A DNA stretch of 64,000 nt from Podarcis bocagei (Eukaryota). Each line of letters begins with the position of its first letter. Position 1 is the stretch's first letter. A program made the position numbers and the translations under genes. This document shows positions 11,698 through 25,469 of the stretch, in pieces. The stretch is from assembly GCA_964188305.1 (NCBI GenBank), contig OZ076888.1. One strand, given 5' to 3'. The notes below the pieces were generated by a model. It saw nothing but the letters and a program-made list of their open reading frames with translations, was not told where the DNA came from and searched no databases.

Positions 11698-14068
11698 CTA
11701 ATAAAACATTTTAATGGAGAAGTGTAAGAAAGCACTGTAGCATGAAAGGCATAAAATTCTCAACCAAGACATAGTGGCATCTCTCGGAAACAAACTTGTC
11801 CATCATGTTGAGCACCAAACGCTTTAATAGCCACTATCACATTTCAACACAGACATCTACCCTGGAAGTATTGTAAACATAAAAGTATAATTACAAATGT
11901 CTTAATAAGTCATAGGCAATTCTTTGTTTTATTTTGTTACCAGGCAGCATAAAATAGGCTCCACTGATATGCTGACCAGGCAGCGTTTATGCTGAGGCCA
12001 TTTTTTTAGTTAAGAGGACCACCGCTGTGTTGACAATGGCATTTAGAAAGATCTAAGATTTGTTTTCCATATTTAAAACACGGACTCCCAAGCATGCTTG
12101 ACTTGACTTTTATTCATTATTTATTAAAAAGTATTTCTAAGCTACTTAGGATTTTAAAATGGTGCATGCACAAAGTATAAACCAACATGAACACTGTAAA
12201 ACAACATCATAAAAACAGAGATAACAAATAGATCTCTCTTATTTTAGACCTGATCTCTTGGCACTACTAAAACCAGTGCTTACCAAATGAATCCCCCCCC
12301 TATTAAAATATATAAAATGAAGTCTGTGGGTGGGCGGGAAGCAAAGCTTTGCCGACGCGTTCTGAAACAATTGGCGTTGTGGCTCATTCGGGCTTCTTTT
12401 ATTTAGAGATTAGAATAAAGTTGTCAACATGCAGCAAGAGCATTTTTGCCCTCTTCCAGATATAGCTTTCCTGAGTTATAGCCAATGAGGCTCCATCTCT
12501 TTATGCTCCTTCATTAATAAAGCTTGTGCACTCAGTTCTCCCTATTCATTCCATTATGTAGACGAATGAACTGTGACCTTGAAGGTCATTAGAGTGCTCC
12601 ATCTGTGATACAGCTGACTGACAACCCTTTTCAAAATTACTGTCATTCTCTTGCGGCATGCCTCTTAGTAGAAGGCAGTCATAAAGCAGCGACGTTGTCT
12701 GAGCTCTTCTATTATTATTGTTAACACCCCCCACCCCACCCGCTTCTCTCTTTCTCAGCTGTAAAGAGGAGGCATTGGGAAAGTTATTATCTAAATGCTG
12801 TATTAAAGGGCGTCATGTGAGAGATGGATGCAAGGCAGCCAATGCATCACAATCTTCTCCAAGATTTACGTCTTTGCAGCTGCTTTTAAATTTTCCTATG
12901 TGTTGGGTTTTTCTATTTCCTATTAGTTAAAGTGTCCGTTACTCATTGTGACTGCTTCCATAATTTTTTCCGCAAAGAAACTCAAAGTAAAAGATGCCTT
13001 TTGCAGTCCAAATATCATCATTAGCCCTTTTGCGAAAATTCTAACATTGGCCTCCAGAGCTTATACAATTACAGGAAAATACCAGACAGATGAGCAAAGC
13101 AGACGGAGAAAAACTGATAGTTAATAACTGGATCTTTCTCTCTCTCCCTGGTTGGGCAACACTTTGATAGGAGTTTGCAGTTGTGCTAGAGCAGCATGTA
13201 CGAGAGGAATAATAATATTTCATCTTGTACTCAGTTACAGCCATCGTAACAAAACAGAGTCAAATGTAATGCTAAACTGAGCTGTAACCAATTAACAGCG
13301 TGCTCACACAAACAGTTATGAGTCATTACAAGATAGCTTTCTCCCTCATTGTTCACACTGAAAAACATTTCTGGAAAAATATTTGAAAGTGCATATTTCT
13401 CAGGATGTGTCAAGTTAAAAATCTTACCACTTGGAGTACTTTTACAGGATTATTTTAAATGGGAACTATTCACATATTTGCAGAAACATGAAGCCTGAAG
13501 GCAGATCATAATCAAGAGAGATGTATGGTTATTATTTCAACATGCACAGTGGGTTCTTTTGACTGTTTTCAGCCTAATGAAAACTTCACGCACAGCACTG
13601 AAAACTGATTTCAAATCCTAGGGCAGTTAAGATGGATAAGTTACCATTTCATAGATTGATGGGCCGGGGCATGGCATTTTGGGTTACTTGAAATGACTGG
13701 TGGCCTCTGTGGATGGGGGCTCATCTTACATTTGCCACCTCTGAAAACCACCTGAGGAGAGCGTTGCAGGGAAGCTGCTTCATGGCGGTGTGGCTGGTGA
13801 GAGGCCCTTCAGCTAGTCCACAACCTGGTTGGTTACTGGTGCCAGGCCTGGGATTGCCGCCTGCTAAGTTTTAAAACAGCCTTAGCGATTCAGGCTTTCA
13901 CAAGACACAAAAGCTATTACTACGTACAGGTAGTCCAGCTTCCTGGTAAACTGGTATGCTGAAGCTGGTTAGATAGGGCAGAGCTGCAGGATGTTGGATG
14001 TATGCATCACAAATTCACACAAACACACACAAATGGTAGGACTGCAATGATCAGCAAGTAGCTTAGAT

Positions 14069-14333
14069 CAGGCATGTCCAATTCCCAAGAGACTGTGATC
14101 TACTCCCAGTATAAAAAAACTGGCAGTGATCTACCCATTGTCACTGGAGGGAGAGGAGCGTCCGTGGGGTGGGTGGATTGCCCAGAGTTGTTGAGCGCTT
14201 TTTGGGAGGAAGATTGCACAGAGTTTTTTAGCTTTTCCCCTGTAACTTTTTGTGCACGATAAGGATCCTGCAATCTACCAGGATCAGCCAGGGATCTACC
14301 AGTAGATCACAATCTACTGGTTGGACACCCCTG
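14069..14333. mobile_element. hAT-superfamily MITE
   Basis: TIR CAGGCATGTCCAA / TTGGACACCCCTG; 8-bp TSD GCTTAGAT / GCTTAGAC. Confidence 0.85.
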
Positions 14334-14906
14334 GCTTAGACGAAGTGTCCAAAAATGTGTTCCTGGCTAATCAGGAAAGGCAGTTTTTATTACGCTAATA
14401 ATTAATTGAATTTACATAAATTTGTTATGTTTCTGAAGAAACATAGAATACTCTTCTTCCCCTTAGATGATACATGCATGTTTGTATGCAGCAGGGCATC
14501 ATCTTATAAGAGGCATTCCATATGAGTGAGAAGGGGGGATTGTTTCTTCCGAGCTGACAGTTTGTTCAACTAGTTGATTAAGATTTCTTTAATAAGGTGA
14601 TTGCCTAAAGAACTCGTTGTTTGAGTAGAGCCTGGGACCACTGGTATATTGGAATGTATACTGGGGGGAGGGATGCAAGGTCCCTGCGCTTCAACTTTCT
14701 GCATATCATATGGGTGGAAGGGCTTGAGAAAGATTGTGTGTAGGGGGGAAGGAAGTGGGAACCAGCAAGTGAAATAGTTGTTTCAAAGTGTCAGTATGAT
14801 TAATAGGCATCTTGAGGCCAAAGATTTTCAGAGTGTGCCTATAAGTAGTTGCAACTAAGGCCTTGTCCATACTGGAGAAACGTGTGGATTTTCCTGTCTC
14901 CCCATT

Positions 14907-14941
14907 AAGGTAAAGGTAAAGGGACCCCTGACCATTAGGTC
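14907..14941 (-). mobile_element. Sauria SINE 3' tip
   Basis: AAGGTAAAGGTAAAGGGACCCCTGACCATTAGGTC matches the SINE tail. Confidence 0.75.
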
Positions 14942-16795
14942 GCGGACCAAATGACGTCCTCCCCATCCCAGCGTTGCCTCTAACATTTCTCCCTTTGAAT
15001 GCAGGGCTTTTCAGTCCCCTGAAAGTCCAAAATGGCCAAGATGGGGGGAAACCCGCATTTGAAGTGGGGGGAAAGGTGTGATTCCACATTTGCCCCAGTG
15101 TGGGCAAGTCCTAAGTCCCCGTGAAAGCAATAAGTGGATTGTGACTAACTTAAGTCTCAGGGATTGCCATGAGATTGCTTGCACTTAATTTGTGTGGGTT
15201 TTGTGCCCACTCTCTTTAATAACTTTCCATATTACCCCAACCAACATTAGCTACAAAACACCTGCAAATGCCACTACTCCCCTCTCTCTGGGTTACAAAT
15301 TAGTTGGCTTACCAGCCCCCTGCCCCAAATCCCAAAATAATATTGCACCCCACAAACAAATATTTCTTATTTAAAAGATTTATACCCACTTTTCCCCACC
15401 ACAAAGGAGTCGCTCTAAACAGCTTACAAATAAACTGCAAACATAAACGCAATGATCCAATTCAGTTCCCCAACCTAAGAGGCACAACAAAAGCGGAATG
15501 GTTTTTACATGGTGCTTTCATATGTGAAGGAAAGAGGAATTATATTTTTCAAACTTATGAAAAATGATTTGCTTAAAAGCCTTCTGAGGTCCCTCATACA
15601 TTTGTGAGAATTTGATATCAAGAACATCCAACATTACTGACTGACGGGAGAAAAGAATTACACTGCTATGTTCTTGCAGTCGGAAGCTCACATAATTGCA
15701 TTTTGTGTTGTGCACTTTCTACTCTCCATCTGAGAACTTGACCTGCGACTCACATAAAAAATAACTGCAGTTTAAGTCGCAGGAAATTTGAGATACTAAA
15801 CAACAAAAGCAAGGAAGTTCAAAGTTTAGACTGACACTCCATCGCTGGCTTGTTACGTTGTGCTTAGCTTCTATTGCAGCACATATGGTATGTAACATAA
15901 CTCGCTGATCCAAACTCCCTGCAATAAATAACAAAGCACAAAGGGATGAACAAGGAATGGAATGCTAGACTTAACTTGTATTTCCTTGCTTTTGGCAATT
16001 TCTGTTGCAATCTAGCAGTTGCTTAAACAGAGACTGCATGCCCTCTTTTATGTATATTTTAATAAAGATTGTGCCTTTTCAAAATATGTCTCAGTTTACA
16101 ATTAATTTTTTTTAAAGGAGCAGGGGTGGGTGAGGGAAACTCTCCAAAGACGCCATTGCAAAGACTGTGGTTGTATAAAAAATATATTCTAACCCAGGCT
16201 TTGGAGCTCAAGTCCATGGAAATAACAGAAAAGGAGAACCAATATTAAAGACGCTAAAGAGTTTTGGCCCAAACAGGCCTTCCAAAGTGGCTTTTCTACA
16301 AAAAAATAGGACAACAATGAGCAAGTCTTGCTTAAAACATAACTCAGTTCCCTCATGATCACCTTCCTTAAAGAAAACTCTAAACAATTTTTATTTTGCC
16401 ATGTGATTGGTTATGGTAGAAATATCCCTGAGTAAGGCCTATTTGGGCCAAGATACACCAGACAATAATAAAAAGTGCATTACTCTCAAGCGTCTTTGAG
16501 CCTGGTTCTCCTCTTGCCATTGCCATTGGATACTTCCTGGTTCTTCTGTGTGGAAGGCATGGGAAGCTGTAAGACATTACCAGCCACATGGCGCACCCCC
16601 CCACAGAACCGCCCATGTACCACATGTACTGACGACCTTTCCAGAGGTGGCATCTCTGTCATCGCTTCCATGCCCTCCATAATCACACAAGTCATATCAC
16701 CATCAGTTATACTTCAGTCCTTCTGGGTAAACTAAGGACCTTTTCCCCCTACATTATTCTTAACGTTAAGATGTTTGAAATGAATAAAGTATGTA

Positions 16796-17037
16796 CAGTG
16801 GTACCTCGGATTAAGTACAGTGGTACCTCGGGTTAAGTATTTAATTCGTTCCAGAGGTCTGTTCTTAACCTGAAACTGTTCTTAACCTTAAGCACCACTA
16901 ATGAGGCCTCCTGCTGCTGCCGCGCCGCCAGAGCACGATTTCTGTTCTCATCCTGAAGCAAAGTTCTTAACCCAAGGTACTATTTCTGGGTTACCAGGGT
17001 CTGTAACCTGAAGCGTATGTAACCTGAGGTACCACTG
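16796..17037. mobile_element. Tc1/mariner-superfamily (Tigger-like) MITE with duplicated left terminus
   Basis: TIR CAGTGGTACCTC / GAGGTACCACTG flanked by TA; the first 22 bp occur twice in tandem (16796 and 16818). Confidence 0.88.
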
Positions 17038-17371
17038 TACGTATAATTTCAGAATTCTTAGCTGCATATTACGAGAGACCTGGGGAATACCAACCCGGGT
17101 TCTGCAGAAAGGGGACTTCTGAGCCCGCGACTTTTACACGGACACATAATGGATTCTGTGCACACTGGAACACATAGGTATACATTCTTGTGTCTTTTTA
17201 GGCCCTGAAGACGCCATGTCAGTAAAAAGTGACATATGGCCTGGCCCCGAAAGAGGATTTGTTTGCGTGAGCCCTGGTTCAAAAGATGATTTCTGGACAT
17301 TATGCGATCAAAGCAGCACCTGCAGAACGAAAAAGTTAATGAAAAGAAGAAAGCGGGGAAAGGAAACTAAC

Positions 17372-17570
17372 CTCGGGTGCATCCTGGGGTTTCTGTGCAT
17401 TGTCTTTTTCTTTCTTGCTCTTTTGGTGTTCATTTCTGATGCGTTTTGTTCCAGACAATTTTATCTTACTTTCCCCCTCCTGGGCGACATTATCTTGTTT
17501 TCGAGGTTTCACAGGAGGCAGTGGCTTATCTTCTTCTCCTTTAATAAATCTCTCATACGGCAGGATTAAT
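17372..17570 (-). CDS. ARID5B: ARID5B exon 9 equivalent (end of ARID domain; LILPYERFIKGEEDKPLPPVKPRKQ...KPQDAPE), 199 nt
   Basis: Acceptor TTCTTTAG|ATTAATC at 17570 and donor GAG|GTTAGT at 17372; phase 2 in, phase 0 out. Translation read by hand; not in the ORF track. Confidence 0.96.
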
Positions 17571-18794
17571 CTAAAGAACGAATAATTGATCAGTTCTAGA
17601 AGTTCTCACCCAAAAGACCAAAATAAAATAAATGGCTGTAAGAAGTTCATTGTTAAAAACTGTTTTTTGAAAGAAAGAAAAAACCACTCAAAACTAGAAG
17701 TCAAAGATGTGCAGTAGGATTTGGAAGCTGTTTCTTCTTCTCAAACTGCTGCTGAATCAAATTATTTCCTCTGCCTTTCACACATTTTGCAACCACAAAG
17801 CTGAGTTTGCCAACCTCTCAGATGATACACACTTTCCTAAACATCTGTAATATTCACACTTTACATGTTTAGCTATACAATGTGTCTTTATGTGTAAACC
17901 TAAAAAATGGAATGGTTCTGATCCACTTCAATTTATTTGTGACCAAGTCCTATTGAAACTTACAGGTTAGCTGATACTAAATTAAGTCACATAAATTCAA
18001 TTTAATCTGCACTCCAATTCACACTTTCCTGGAAGTCGGTCTCATTAAAGTTACTTCTGAGTACACACCTAAAGGATTGCAGTGTTAGCCATAAGTAACT
18101 TTAGCTGGATCAGGTCCAACAAGTGACAACAAGCAGAACATTTTTTTAAAAAATCCATTGAGATAAATGAGATTATGAAGCCAAATGGAATCGCTGGAGA
18201 TGAGCTACATATCTCCCCCACTACTTTAAATTGATCTTAATGGAAATACTTTGTATTTAGTTCTTTGGCCTGTTTAAACAGCAACCGACTTGAGTTACAG
18301 AACTTCCCGACAGCAGTGCCATATATACCCTGAAAGTACAGAAGTACAGAAAATAGCAAATAATCCCAACTGGAACCTCAGGGTGGATTGCGGTGTGAAC
18401 AGGTCTTAAGGAACCTCACATGGGTCAGTTCAGGTCTTGGGTCTGAAGTCCTTAAATCTGCCTCCAAAACAGTGCAGACTAGACATGCTAGCTCCCTTCC
18501 AACCATTGTCTCTAGATGCCTCTTGCCTTCTCTTCTCTGCAATCCCCAGAGGGCTTTCCCATAACTATTTGGATTCTCAGAGCTACCTGCGTAAGTCAGA
18601 AGCTAGAGGAGCAGAGTGCAATGGGAAGGGGTGAAGACAAAACTCAGCCCAGCAGGGTTGCACATATAATCCCAGAAGCTGGGGAGGAGGGATGTGGCCC
18701 CTCCACCACCAAACATCAGCATATTCTGGACTGTATCATCTTGTATCCTCTATCCTGTGGGCTAGATATGGTTCCATCAGAAGATGGAAGCAGT

Positions 18795-18885
18795 CTTCTC
18801 CAACCTGTTTTGCCCTCCATATGTTGTTGGACTACAGCTCTTATCATGCCTGGCCCCTGTGGCTGATGGGAACTGTAGTCCAACT
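18795..18885. mobile_element. Degenerate hAT MITE fragment
   Basis: GCCCTCCATATGTTGTTGGACTACAGCTC...GGGAACTGTAGTCCAAC resembles the 41019 element. Confidence 0.55.
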
Positions 18886-21207
18886 GGTATAGAAACCTTG
18901 TACTAGCATAGATTTCCTCCTCTTCTTTTTTAGGAATCTGGGGGAATGTCATAAGGGCCCATTTTGTGAGCAAGAAGATTCCTCTTTCTCTAGGGAAAGG
19001 GGGGAAAGGGCAAGCAGTGTCTACCAGGTGGTAGTTGGCACAGTGGGCAGGAACAAAAACGATTTTAAGAGACAATTAGAGAATTTTAATTACAGAGTTT
19101 TGTCTTTCAAACCATGGAAAAATTGCTTGGGGGAGGAGACAGAGATGCTTCAATCTGATTCCCACCACCCCTCCACAGAGTGCCTCTTGAAATGAGGGTA
19201 AATAAGCAGTGTTATTAAAAAGAATGGATTGGCTTACAATCTGAGTTTCAGCTCCAGTGATTAAAGTTCTTATAATGCATTAAACATGATTAATGAATGA
19301 CTCATAGCAGGAATAATGCATGACTCCGACTTTTAAAAATATGAACTTTAGTATGGCAAACATTTTTTTTTAAAAAAAAAACCCACAATAGGTATCTGTT
19401 GAAGAAAATGGACGTTGCTTTTTAAACAGCATTAATCTGTTCAAATATCAGACTTCTTTAATTATAGCTTAATCTAAGAGTTCAAGATAGAAAACTCTTT
19501 TTGTTCAGGCACAGATTTTTTTTGTTATTCCAGAATCAGCTCCAAGCCATCCAGTTTTAATTTAGATGTTCAAACACAGTTTGGCTTCAAGAGAGCTGGG
19601 ATTAGCTTGCTTGCGATGATAGTATTTCACATTTTAATAAAATACAACATAAATTATGTTAAAAAGTAAACCTCATTTATGCCATATTAGAAACAAAATT
19701 CATGAACTGAGCATGCTCTGACATGGGTATGTGCAGAGAGGCGTGAATAATACTTTTGAGCCCTGAATTTGGCAGCTGGCCAGTAATGAAGCTAAAGCAA
19801 TGCCCAAGGGGAATGCTGGTCCTCAGATCCCATTACAAACTGAGTTTAAACATGTTACAGCTGCTAAAACTGAAAACAGCTCTCTCTATGCAGGCTTAGC
19901 AAAATAATACGGACTTTGCCAAATACTTGCTTCCCACTGTAACATTACGGTTAATGTTTATGTAATAAAAAAAGAAGCATAACAAGGCAGAATAAAAAAA
20001 AAAGGGGGGGGAGAGAAAGAAATACAATCTTGTTCATACTTGAGGCTGCTAAATTTCATTTGTAACAAGCACAAAATATTCAAGGCACCCTTGAACATCT
20101 TTTCCCGTGCCTGGGACTTGAAGCAAGAGGAGGCGAGGTTGGGTTTCATCCAGAGCAATATTTATATCTTTTTCTGCCATGTGTTAAATATTTAAAGAAT
20201 CAGATTTAACCAAAATACTTTTTTTTTTTTTGGTGGCAATAGTTGTTAACACTGCAGAAAGGATTGTTTGACTTTGTTTGGTTGCCATGGGAACAGGCAG
20301 CCCATTTGAAATCTACATGTTTCGTTGGTAAATGTTTCAAAAGCTGCTCATAGCTTTAAAATTAGAGGATGATACTCTGCCACCACTAGGCCTTTTAAAT
20401 AAAATATTCTGTGTGATTATCCTGGCGGTTAAAGCAGAAACGGGACAAAGGCCAGCCCTGATAAGATTAATCACTGTTAGCACTCTTTCTGAGAAACCCT
20501 TTTGTGTCAGTTTTAAATTTGACCACCAAAAAGACAACAGCTTCCTGCCTCTTTGTTGCCATATAAATCCCTGGAACTCATTAGGTCAGAGGATAATTAG
20601 GAGTCATGGCTGATGAGAGTTCAACGTTACAGGAGGACGGGCCTGCTGTTTCCATTTTTGTGATTTTGTTTTTTTTCACTGAGCTCAGCAGTTGGCAGAG
20701 GCTACAGTGGCAAAAATACATTTCACATAGCTGGTCAAATGCCTAGCGCCAACAGCAGGAAATTTGGAATTAAATGTTTCTTGTATCTGGAGAGAGGCAT
20801 GACTAAGGTAAAAATTGAATCAAAACACAAGGACGGCTTGTTCTACTTGCATCAGCTCCCCACCCTGGACAGAAAATTCTAATGCAATGCTATTTCTCTA
20901 CAGTAACGAGGTGGGGTTGTTGGTTTCCGGTTTTTTTAAGCAAAGTAAAAAAAAAAAAGCAGAGAACTTAGGAGGATTAAAATGAAGCCTAACGCTATGA
21001 ACAATTGCAAGTTGACAGAGGTTTCCATTTGCTAGAATTTTCACTCTGTGGTCCCCCACCCTTCCTTGCCTTCAGTTGCCCTGTCACGGTACAACACAAT
21101 TACCCGCAGGATGTGATCTTATCATTTGATTATTAGAAGCTGTTATAGTACAAGGGAAATAAAGCTGGTGGAACATTCAAAGCTTCAGCTAACATACTAT
21201 TAGAACA

Positions 21208-21208
<1 letters not shown>

Positions 21209-21243
<35 letters not shown>
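21209..21243. repeat. (CA)n microsatellite
   Basis: Direct read. Confidence 0.97.
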
Positions 21244-21245
<2 letters not shown>

Positions 21246-23250
21246 TATTTAGTCAACTGTATTTCGTCAACTGCAGGTCAATATTCTCTAAATCAGGCAG
21301 AATATGATTCTCTGCTTTAAAACTTCCCCCACAGAATGCAACACGCTTGAAATGAGCAGCTCAATTTTGTGCTAAATAGCTGTCGCTTAGGCGATTTAAA
21401 TCAACCTTGGTGCAAGATAAAAGAAGGTGTTTCGCAAACATTAACAGAAAAAACGAACCACAATGTGTATAAACCCTCATGTACAAAAAAATATATTAGA
21501 CTTTGAAAGAGTTTTCAGTGTCAGATGTTGGGAGAAGAGTTCCTGTATTCGTAAGAAGCAATCTTGCCGGAAAGCCTAAGAATGGGGATGTGGGTTTAAC
21601 CATCACTGTTGTTGTTGTTACGCATAAGAATATCATCAATATGCATTCTGCTTTGCGGAGTTTCATAAGCAAAAAGAAAAAAAAGGCAGATTTCTGCCCT
21701 CAAGGAGATTACAGTCTAAATTTTGAGAAGAGGAAGACTACAGAGGAAATGCAGAGGAGGGGAGTACACAGCAAGAGGAGGGCATTTACTTCCACGTAAC
21801 CCAGGGTTTGGGTTTGCAGGGCGGGGGTGGAACATGCCTTTATTATGAACGCAATGCCTACATTCAGATTAATAAAATGCATTATTTATAGGATAATTAA
21901 CATAACGAGAATGTGTAAGCAGTAGCGTATTAAAGAACAATCCTTCTGCAGGCAGCAGATTTCTGAACAGCACGGGGCTATTTTTTCCACTGGAATAATA
22001 CAAGAATAACATTTTCCAGCCCAGAGCAGAAACAGTAGGGAAGTCTTTGCCATCAACTGAGCTTCTGATTAAATTCAATGACTATGAAAAGCAAGATTAT
22101 CCTTTTTAAAAAATAAATAAAGGCAACTTAAAAATCAATACGAGCTGGATGAAGAAATCAGTGTTTTATTAATCCCGACACAATCAGAGATACATTACAT
22201 TTAATTGTGGATACTCCCCCCCTCTTTTAGCGGGGGTGGGGGGGGAGGAGAAAGATTTTGCTTGGCTAAATGTTGAATTAAATACTAGTGCCTAGTATTC
22301 TGAGTTTTTAGCTTTCAGCATCCTCTGATGTAATGAAAAATTCAATGTACTTCTCCACAGCAGAAGTCAGAGGTCATCAAATCTATTACAGTAATGTAAG
22401 TAATCTGGCTTTCTGCCAGCCTTTAAAAAGGGGGGGGGGAGAACCATGGAGGCAGATAATTTTATATTTACAAATTCTAAAGTCCTCTGGGGATTTTGTC
22501 TCATCTCCAACAAAAGGCAGAAACTTCACATTAGAAAAATGTATTTTACAGCATGTCAAACATGTCTTCATCATTAGTATTTCATAAAAGGCATTAACCA
22601 CACAACTCTTATCCTTCATTAGCCAACATTCTTCTCCTCTGCCATGGGAAAAATGCAACTCAAAATCTTATGCGTGTGTGTGTGTGTTTTTTTAAAAAAA
22701 ACTAAAGTGATAATTACTAATGTTTCATATACTGATTAATTCTTGTGCCAAGCAACTACTCTTCTAAGTCCAACTCTATTGCGCAGGAAATAGTGGACTG
22801 CATCTATTTATAGTAATAAAAATAAAAGGGGTTAGAAGAATAACTCTTGAGGGGGGAGCATGAAAGGAAAGGAAATCTGTAGTCAAGGCTGCCAGCTCCA
22901 TATTTAACTCTTCATTGTGACCTCATTCTTATGCTATGGGAGTGGCGTTCTTCTCGCTTGACTCTGGCCTCACCCCTTGCTTTCTCTGAGTAAGGTAAAA
23001 TATAGGAAACACACAGGAAGAACAAGCTCATGTTGGGAGAACTGGTGTCAATCAGAGCAGGCAATACTGAGCAAAACGGACAAGTGATCAACTCTGACGT
23101 GGCGAAAGGCAATTTCCTATGCCAAGGCAATAGCACCCATTTCCACCTCTGACACTGTAATCCCCCCCCCAACCCCTGCAACCATCCCTGCCTCTCCAAA
23201 TGGTTCCTACATTCTTCCATTACTGGAACTGCATGGGATCATAAGTTCTT

Positions 23251-23375
23251 ATCATAGAATCATAGAGCTGGAAGGGGCTACAAGGGTCATCTAGTCCAAC
23301 CCCTGCAGTGTAGTAATCTTTCGCCCAACGTGGGGCTCTGTGATTAAGAGTCTCATGCTCTACCCATTTGCGCTA
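23251..23375 (-). mobile_element. tRNA/CR1-tailed SINE copy
   Basis: (CATAGAAT)n GAGCTGGAAGGG...GGTCATCTAGTCCAACCCCTGC ... TTAAGAGTCTCATGCTCTACC. Confidence 0.78.
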
Positions 23376-25469
23376 CTCTGAGATATTGCAGGAAAGACTT
23401 AGGGTTTATCCAAAAACAGGGAGCTATCATGGCCCTGGTTCAGCAAAGGCACGAGGCCAAAAGCCTGCAGCCAGCTTTTGTGTGAACTCTGCCATCCCTG
23501 TTGGTTTGAGGAGGGCTTTTTACCTTTGCCCATTGCTCCCGCCTGTGTATCAAATGATTGGCATTGTTTTTCTTATAGCTCCAGCTGTGTCTCTTAGAGT
23601 AGCTCCATTGACTTTAGCAAAGTTCACTCTCAGGTAGCTTGGGCTCAAGGATCATGGGTAAAACTACTCATTTTGAAAGTCATTTTCCCCCGATTCCTTC
23701 TTTTGCTGCCTATGATTGCTGCTGAAAACCTCTTCTCTGTGCACGTGATCCAAACAGTGGGTATACCTCTCCAAGGTTAATGTGCAAATGGCCCATGCGC
23801 CCATGCTTAGACCAATGGACACATTAGAGACTTAAAAATTAGCCTCAAGGACCCAGTTTGTTTTCCATTGACAATGAATGGCTTTCTTAAGTGATTCAGA
23901 TCTAAGGGAATACATAATCATCTTTCATGGGAATGATTCAATTGTCACAACACCCTTTTCTTACAGTGACAATAGTTTAAATTGATAAAAAGGGGTGGGT
24001 GCTAGGAAAATGGCAGAAATTATAGCTTACCAATCCTTGCTGCAGAATAGCCAAGATGTCATTAAAGGAATATTGATAGCAATGTAAGAAATGTAGCCCC
24101 TCAAAATCTCTCAAACCGATATTCGAATTCCAGGTGAATCCTGTCTTTGCTAGGTTTCCTTGGTCAAGATTTCCTCAGTCAGGTCTCTAGAGGAATTTCC
24201 ACACAAATGAGCTTAAAGCCCACACAAATGAGCTTATCTCCCACAAGCTGTGGGGCAGGATCCATTCTAGTCACAACTAATCCAATTGGGCTTGCATGAC
24301 AGCTACAGGGGTTACATCCACTTTTGTGTCGTAACAGCAAAGTAACTCCAAACTCCCACAACAACAGAAATACCTCTTTACTTAGAAATTCCCTGCTATG
24401 CTTTCTGTTTGTCAGTTATGGTCTGGAGTGTTGTGTGGAAGCAATCTAAACCTCAGTCTCAAGTTACTTGCTTGCAGAACCAGGTCAGCAACAATCTACT
24501 TCATAGGGTTACTGAATTAGAAAAAAAACACTATATTCAGTTTCTAGAAAATACAACACAACAAAGAAACAAAGGTTTCCAACAGCCTATATGGAACTCG
24601 CCAGATATTCCAGAGGTTTTTGGGGGGAACAAGAGTTCAAAAGGCAACGGTACTAATATGGGTACACTGATTCATCATTAGCTTCCTCTGAAGCACTTTG
24701 AAGAGGCCATTTTCACAAACAAACTGTGCAGAGCAAATAGTGGGGGCGGGCAATTCCTTTACAGAGGTGAAGTTGCATGATTCTATAAAACAGCAGTACA
24801 AGCAGGAAAACGAAACCTGCCTGGTAACCACTGCCCTTTCATGAGTCTTTCTACGATAAAAACAAGTTAGTGAAGATCACCTACAGTGATGGGGACTCTA
24901 AGATGATCAAGAAGAATGGTGATGATTAAGAACAGATCAATAATACTGGCACCTCCATATGTGTGAATGTTCTGTCTAGGACAGTTTTTCATAAAGGAGG
25001 TTTGCAGCGATAGATGTTGGCCTTTCTTTAGAGCTTCATATTAGTTCCAGCCACTGACCTGAAAGTATACCACTATTTTAAAGACATTCTATCTTCACAG
25101 TACTGCATGAGCTCAAGGGAAGTGCCATTCCATACTGAATCAGGAAAGCAGCAGAATGCATTCGCAAACCTACTATTTATAGCTTGCAGCTTGAATCAGG
25201 GTAGCACACATTGCAACTGCAAGCCCTAACATCAGGAGCAGGTTGATGGGGGTACACACTAATGTGGATACTGAATTACTCATGTTCAGTAGGACATGCT
25301 AACAGATGGCACATGATATCTCTCCTAATATGCTTCTAACACAGGGGGGTGCCAATCAAAGCTAAGCATTTTTCACTCCCCTTGATTTTGATGGGAATAT
25401 TTATTGATGCGCTTAACTTTCACACAGAAATCTGTATGCTTTCACACAGAACTTTCACACAGAAAGTAT

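Noticed and set aside
9839-11714. Plus-strand ORFs over exon 10, and 17216-17585 over exon 9
   Set aside because: Antisense shadows of the ARID5B coding sequence.
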